From positions 64,001-128,000 of IMG/VR virus record IMGVR_UViG_3300010163_000006: DNA of 64,000 nt; one strand, 5' to 3'. The notes under the pieces were generated by a model. That model searched no databases, was not told where the DNA came from, and saw only the letters and a program-made list of their open reading frames with translations. The stretch's first letter is position 1. Each line of letters starts with the position of its first letter. The position numbers and the translations under genes are program-made. The stretch is from a virus (Duplodnaviria > Caudoviricetes). This document shows, one piece after another, positions 60,401 to 64,000 of this stretch.

Positions 60401-61406
60401 ATTTGTTATTGATGAAGACATCAATCCCAACGTTAGTATTGTCAAATCTCCATATATTGGAATATGTAGATACTCATTGAATAGGATTCCTACTGACGGT
60501 ATGATAGACATGACAGGATATCTGCCTACACCGTTATCACGGGACAGATATGAATTCTGGGTTAATGGTAGATGTGTCATTAATGATAAGGATATAACGA
60601 TACTTTCACCAACATCTATTCAGCTTCGTAACATGAAATCATTAAGGAACTTTGAGGCAATCGAACTCGTTGATGATTTCAATACGGGAAATGAATTACT
60701 GGATGAAGGAACCGTATATGTTGATATCAACGGTAATAGTTATTCTAATTATAGACTGGCTATGTTAAGCAATTCTAAGATTCGCAATCAGGATATAATG
60801 TTTACATTCAATACAAATGTCCATAGGCCAATCCATGATTACACAAAAAACATTACTCCTTCGGCAAATAATCACGACATTGAAGAGGATATCCTTGATC
60901 ATGTTTCATTCGATGAAACCATTAAGGATTACAACAAACTGTACAACATTCCATCAATAAATGGAGTAACATTATTCCATACTAAATTACAGGGATTGGG
61001 TCTTTCGGAAATACCGAATGAAAAAATAATCGAATCCTTTGATAAAATATGGAAAATTGAAGAGACCACAAATCCGTTATTTATGAGGACACATCGTTCT
61101 ATGATAAACAATGAGAAGCTTCGTATATGTGCTAAACAATTGACAGAGCCTCATTGGAATAAGTTATCTGTTACAACGACTGGTATGTTCCTCGTTTATA
61201 CATTAGGACCTGTTGAGAAATACTTCTCTTTTTACATCTCAAAGAAACCGGATGGATTGATTGATGACGTAAAGAATACTGTTAAGATTATTCCATTTAT
61301 CACTTCGGGTGTATATGTCCTGATTGATAAAAAGTACCAGGGAATGTGGTTGCATTCAACATACGAAAAAACAAAGCCAATTCATCTAATTGGGAATACA
61401 AGATAA
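54486..61406 (+). CDS. Very large (2306 aa) probable virion structural protein
   Basis: Size and N/D/Y/I-rich composition typical of jumbo-phage tail/baseplate proteins; no enzyme motif seen. Confidence 0.5.
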   Translation: MIMNYNKWFYNQHKYLKNIRDNSEGFNDTKWVTINKRYQILDDMKSELLSQGLLVHGNNTGFDKLIDLMGRSNYTFEDINDSLIDTYRVSLHFAMSRNLVNTHAVMFHCTNMDTKNVTAEKFTHYRIIDAPFNQLHFGHRDEFIRQKLQEMHNISNGNYVDMPRFNSTQFTKILDFSIICTVNGYFCNDCKVAIDDKGFKFKVGWPYASDVDFIVYKLDHGRMISNNISPDYVKKGLIPYDVLGGVGKEMLGLKCIINVFDPLFIKTTSSVPNFGIFTEKGLEIRNLQRATSDMIDRLSSSNVTVDVYALKFFHEIPNLYPAINYYDIMDTRNVYDEKSESIKTTEGHNVVATPSKNINKLEVCTPPICLDRDVSYSFDIITRCLSMYDDMMSYESDLIRVGQELLYGNQDSFMDTFKPILQKIYSGLLSMYKIYEQGSIITSLIEPEQLGLFSDLLSKVHKISNMTDFRHSQNYSFDELYGENYRNTVKTITDPFRNTALLPFACMKSIKNNFFVDNNTTRFNRPISEQCFIALRYHTNDGCWLFDYPDIKHFHGIGNTFYVDSNLKGDEIFKFFVLYSDTEAPDEKDIEHMDLNTVLDFDLFSKEIEKHIGMIRYWDAECRLMKLSKIMYKKYNDETCVQVLSKILKRKISGDNILKLYPSDINYEESNVSSDSWESYDENTERGPFSINFLFYTLSLLNNNEDKLQSYFYRYLTHNKYHNRYTDIDISSIIDNERYPISYSQYTISPSRIPDSCAKPDVKIFAYYGLPLILDSKGSNLYEPYRYVLNVYDPDTKYPMISENDIDGSFYVQYDNITDYAGRVVSYHNNIQIGHLMTLYLTDLYNYISELQTNYKTTFNQSTVIESAINTMNERISTIRTHILDNGLDDIDGVSSFGNAVDIVINDNEFIRKLNEMKSLIDSIDVIRYNNTNSSIRVFINTHVLGTLKRAYVNFGFNNNINKRARMLYIHLKKINEPMNAYTFKKWLTDIDLHTLTNLDSLVSNNENYDIGNNVFKILGNALSAYIDNAVGLLNELDSSIESLSGDFKTDHITPIATLCDDVINKIIFDMYSMNSVEYDASIKYESKPMFVVVAIPDTQHTKPPIGVIISGTRNLIFQPITHKTNNGYMIRSLANTCEYVFFDGTPLTGLTMTILDKDGIVIGTQNVSMTFNRTCSTADRVNEFTMIPNGKTTAIDFENGHESFDVVNGLIVNEKHADMNYEMLIGNHFTQLDHEIEYVLEPTTWLQGSIDRIYIENQMINRMAITDFGHKVCSNVFFKPVQVMHIPLNENGSIDSVNGKYFEGETIYLQTNDGMTIFPVVITKVDHSINKGFIEARVDDWNSKWFEITDPNMISNYLLNEIECSVIDDNMRNFLDEFSDSDMPIYSNPTNQVIDISNIDNCYDLPGDPMFVSSNSNILHRRLKWIFNEVVPNRFIDDDHKKYRFVYIANGFIMNDNDEIKINMINHDFNNTTIPERYPILRSEPNDHTIWDRELNLFRDEQLHSHMRENTYYRNYNNAMYAYSQAKTIHEKEVALLNVDKEKRKMQREQEYQKRMEQYSRQLETPTTWYNVHSYEASLVYISNGRADRFSPSFVSNIRDVVYSNELEVFLYDWQHKKWLDPSSYDVSIKMVDNVRIDENDDYTTNRVLHTLTIKPKEGFSFSNKILIYFSYEKSNVFNSIEMNEPNCFVRFKPLLSIDNEITDYDPYRDIRIRKHFDGYEKYKVDGSDIHIKRVNRNGKYTNTPVFRVCDMKITDINGEHTFDDIDKFLVRTPFKDITTTRTFHTPVYNTKICSEIDSFVPDKEIKLICISNNEINSYDGNISSVMFNATTAYDDEGNQTILITKSTLPNYVSGKFICTVFQDDMYNPVGGVIEVEVSSIEDTVYEGDWLQVPLSYMKYREIPEEFKIIMKNPTEGIVEVTLENKYIKRTDDIIDIDNSNLMNPFEYYYDNKHFTRLPISDVRTNSNNKRFVIDEDINPNVSIVKSPYIGICRYSLNRIPTDGMIDMTGYLPTPLSRDRYEFWVNGRCVINDKDITILSPTSIQLRNMKSLRNFEAIELVDDFNTGNELLDEGTVYVDINGNSYSNYRLAMLSNSKIRNQDIMFTFNTNVHRPIHDYTKNITPSANNHDIEEDILDHVSFDETIKDYNKLYNIPSINGVTLFHTKLQGLGLSEIPNEKIIESFDKIWKIEETTNPLFMRTHRSMINNEKLRICAKQLTEPHWNKLSVTTTGMFLVYTLGPVEKYFSFYISKKPDGLIDDVKNTVKIIPFITSGVYVLIDKKYQGMWLHSTYEKTKPIHLIGNTR

Positions 61407-61410
61407 AAAA

Positions 61411-61440
61411 TATGGGCGGAGGGTTATCCTCCGCCCATAT
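61411..61440. terminator. Terminator hairpin between convergent genes
   Basis: tatgggcggagg-gttat-cctccgcccata. Confidence 0.75.
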
Positions 61441-61442
61441 CC

Positions 61443-61742
61443 TTACTTCGTAGAAGTAGGATCAGGAAGCTCAGGAATCTTCTTAGACAGAATTGCATTA
61501 AGCAACTTCACGTCAGAATCGGTAAGCTTGTCAGACATAGACTGATAAGCGGGATCACCGATTATCTTGGCTAAGAAGAGACCAATCTCTGTAGACTGTA
61601 CCGCAGCGTCATTGTTAAAACGAATGATCTTGCAGAGGTCTTCAATATCAGCAACGCCATCAAAAGATGTGTTGGTAGGAAGACTTTCTTCGATCTGTTT
61701 CATACGTGCCATGACAAATTCCAGTGCTTCTTTGAATTCCAT
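61443..61742 (-). CDS. Hypothetical protein
   Basis: GAAGGAG RBS before ATG 61742. Confidence 0.6.
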   Translation of the reverse strand: MEFKEALEFVMARMKQIEESLPTNTSFDGVADIEDLCKIIRFNNDAAVQSTEIGLFLAKIIGDPAYQSMSDKLTDSDVKLLNAILSKKIPELPDPTSTK

Positions 61743-61826
61743 ATATACTCCTTCTACGTGGGTTTGATACGCAGTTATTCCTTCTGCGTAATATGTAATT
61801 TGAATAAGTCGAAAGTGAGTGGAACC

Positions 61827-61887
61827 TTTCTTTTTATTCACTATAATAATATATATTTAGAGGATTGAAATAATAGGTGGTAGCATA
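61827..61887 (-). repeat. 61-bp dispersed promoter-region repeat, copy 2
   Basis: 60/61 identical to 28730-28790. Confidence 0.9.
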
Positions 61888-62548
61888 CCAAATCCGATAG
61901 CATAGAAAAATGAAAAGAAAAATATAATTAATCCCGGGCCGAAGCCCGGGATATTATTTCAATAATTTTATCAATCGAATGATCCGGAAATCCATGAGGG
62001 TGTGGTTTGTCCATATGGCGTCAGAAAGGACAATTCATGAATGTTCCCGGATCTGATTGATAATATCTGGGAATGTAAAAACGAAAGGAGGTTCCGTAAT
62101 CTCAGCAGGAATCGATGATCTATTCTCACGATCATAATTGTTGTATCAACAGGTCCTTCCCAAATATTAATCACATGTTACATGACGTGCAAAATAAATA
62201 TTCATTTCCCGGGGGTCATGTGACCCCCAAGTTATGAATATTTTTAAAAGAAAAAAGGAAGATACAGGACAAACATGTGCAGGTTATTTGTCCTATAAAA
62301 TGGATATCCCAATATGATTATCCAATGTAGTTTCCCCCTTACATTGAATTATCCTTAAGTAAAATCAATATTAAACAAAAATGACACTTTCATTACCGGG
62401 GCTGCAGCCCCGGTAATTACTTGTGTAGACGAGAAAGAAACAAACACAATATATTGTTCCATACACTCGTCGCATTTTGGAACTTAAATTTTACGACGAG
62501 GAACATTCATAGCACTGACTATACTACAAATATTACAATTATGTGATT

Positions 62549-63769
62549 TTATTTCATAGGATTATTCATCCTGATTGTGTCATACAATTCCCGTTCTATT
62601 TTCGCAGCATCTTCATTATAATTGAAACTATCAACGGGAGGTTGTAGATAATTCGGAAGCGTATAATCATATCCGCCTGTTTGTAATGCCTCTGTCTTCA
62701 TGCTATTAAGGAACTCTCCAGCATTGCCATATACCGATGAATCAAACATTCCACCGTTATCACTATCAACACTTCTAATGAGGTCGGTCGTGGATGGCTT
62801 ACGACATTTCACGAGATCATAGTATTCAGCACCTGCACCTTCTCGCATCCAATCAAACAGAATCGGTTCTCCATTCGAATCCAAATTGTTGAGAGGGTCA
62901 TTCTTTAAAAACGGCGACATCTTGGGACTGTAAACAGTTGACTTATATCGGATGATAGCTGACAACGGTGTATCATATCCCTGACGATGGGCTGCAACCA
63001 TTGCTGCATACTCGTCATCTCCAGTGACTGTGTATTTAACATGTACAGGTCTGCTATCGCCATTCTTCCGTTTCTGTTCAGTTTTCTCTTCGTGTCTGTT
63101 CTTAAGAACTATGTCTCCAGATATAACACCTTTGAGAATCTCTGGATCCGTGATTATCTGCGAATGGTTTATATACAACTTAGGGATTTCACAGTATTTG
63201 AATTTAATATTACCCGCATTAAATTCCCTGACTGCCTCCTCATAAGTTAACCACGGATAATCACCCGAGCCATATTTACCAAGAGACAATTCAATGGCAT
63301 CCGTGATTATCTTGATCGCATTGACATAATCGGTCTGATTGTAATAACAGTTTCTCAAACCTTTCAATCTTTCACGAATCAACTGGGCTTCCTTGTTTTC
63401 GTTTACCTGTGAATCGGGTAGATTGTACGGATCGTTTGGATCAGGTCTGACGATCGAGCACGACATCTCTTCTCTGATCTTTGCTTTTTGTTCATCAGAA
63501 ATCTTGAGCTCAATAACATCTCTACGGGATGCTTTCCTCTTATCGTTCTCAATCGATTTTTTGATTGCTTCATGATGTTGTCTTAACAGAGCAGCATCAA
63601 CTTCATCTTCGTCCTCGATTCCGAACTCTTCTTTCTGCCGTTCTTTCCATCGAAGTTTTACCTCCAATTCCATTTGGTCATCCAGCATTGGTTGAATTCC
63701 ATTCATCATTTCTTCAATGATTTTATCCAACTCTTCAACCGGATATACGTATTCGTATTTTTCTGACAT
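62549..63769 (-). CDS. Hypothetical protein
   Basis: AAGGAGGT RBS before ATG 63769; 406 aa. Confidence 0.65.
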   Translation of the reverse strand: MSEKYEYVYPVEELDKIIEEMMNGIQPMLDDQMELEVKLRWKERQKEEFGIEDEDEVDAALLRQHHEAIKKSIENDKRKASRRDVIELKISDEQKAKIREEMSCSIVRPDPNDPYNLPDSQVNENKEAQLIRERLKGLRNCYYNQTDYVNAIKIITDAIELSLGKYGSGDYPWLTYEEAVREFNAGNIKFKYCEIPKLYINHSQIITDPEILKGVISGDIVLKNRHEEKTEQKRKNGDSRPVHVKYTVTGDDEYAAMVAAHRQGYDTPLSAIIRYKSTVYSPKMSPFLKNDPLNNLDSNGEPILFDWMREGAGAEYYDLVKCRKPSTTDLIRSVDSDNGGMFDSSVYGNAGEFLNSMKTEALQTGGYDYTLPNYLQPPVDSFNYNEDAAKIERELYDTIRMNNPMK

Positions 63770-63800
63770 GGTTGATACCTCCTTCTGTCTAATTATATAT

Positions 63801-64000
63801 CTATTGGATTTCGAAATGTTCCTGTATCGGAATAACGGGTCCATGATCAATATTGATCTCCCTTATCTTCAAACAGACAACATTGACAGGACTATTGAGG
63901 AATGTGTGCCATCCATATGCGTTTGTTGCAATGTGTTTGAAGTCAGAGTATCTATACGTATGATCAATCCATTTCTGATCCTTCTTGTTGAACATATATC
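63801..64000 (-). CDS. Probable 3' end of a gene truncated by the window edge
   Basis: Frame open to the window end. Confidence 0.35.
   Translation of the reverse strand, partial: YMFNKKDQKWIDHTYRYSDFKHIATNAYGWHTFLNSPVNVVCLKIREINIDHGPVIPIQEHFEIQ

Noticed and set aside
3196-62416. Many G5/C5-stem palindromes (e.g. ggggataatcccc) as a mobile REP-like family
   Set aside because: They sit at gene ends or between convergent genes with A/T tracts, which is adequately explained by intrinsic terminators.
126-63575. Numerous short antisense or overlapping ORFs in the six-frame track
   Set aside because: They are shadows of longer RBS-supported genes and carry no recognisable motifs.

Overview
This is an AT-rich, gene-dense segment of a jumbo bacteriophage of the phiKZ/AR9(PBS1)-like type. 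Strong AAGGAGG ribosome-binding sites suggest a Firmicutes host (inference). It encodes two multisubunit RNA polymerase subunits (beta' N-terminal half with NADFDGD; a 1423-aa beta-like subunit), a family-B DNA polymerase without a recognisable exonuclease domain, primase, NAD-dependent ligase, RecA/UvsX, an SbcD-like nuclease, dCMP deaminase, two metallophosphoesterases, many probable virion proteins sharing a [VIY]QE[AGS] motif, and a tRNA cluster (Gln, Glu, Cys, Leu plus degenerate copies). The standout is at about 29.1-33.7 kb. A solitary Cas7/RAMP-like gene, with no other cas genes or classical CRISPR array in the window, sits between two non-coding arrays of about 0.45 and 1.5 kb. These arrays have a near-regular 5-nt period: (NN-NGY)n on the transcribed minus strand, punctuated every ~3-9 units by a 6-nt NNN-GGY step. 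Each array directly follows a gene and ends at an intrinsic terminator. This looks like a non-CRISPR RNA-guided RAMP system whose guides use an interleaved conserved/variable code. All protein calls come from motifs read by eye; no database searches were run.
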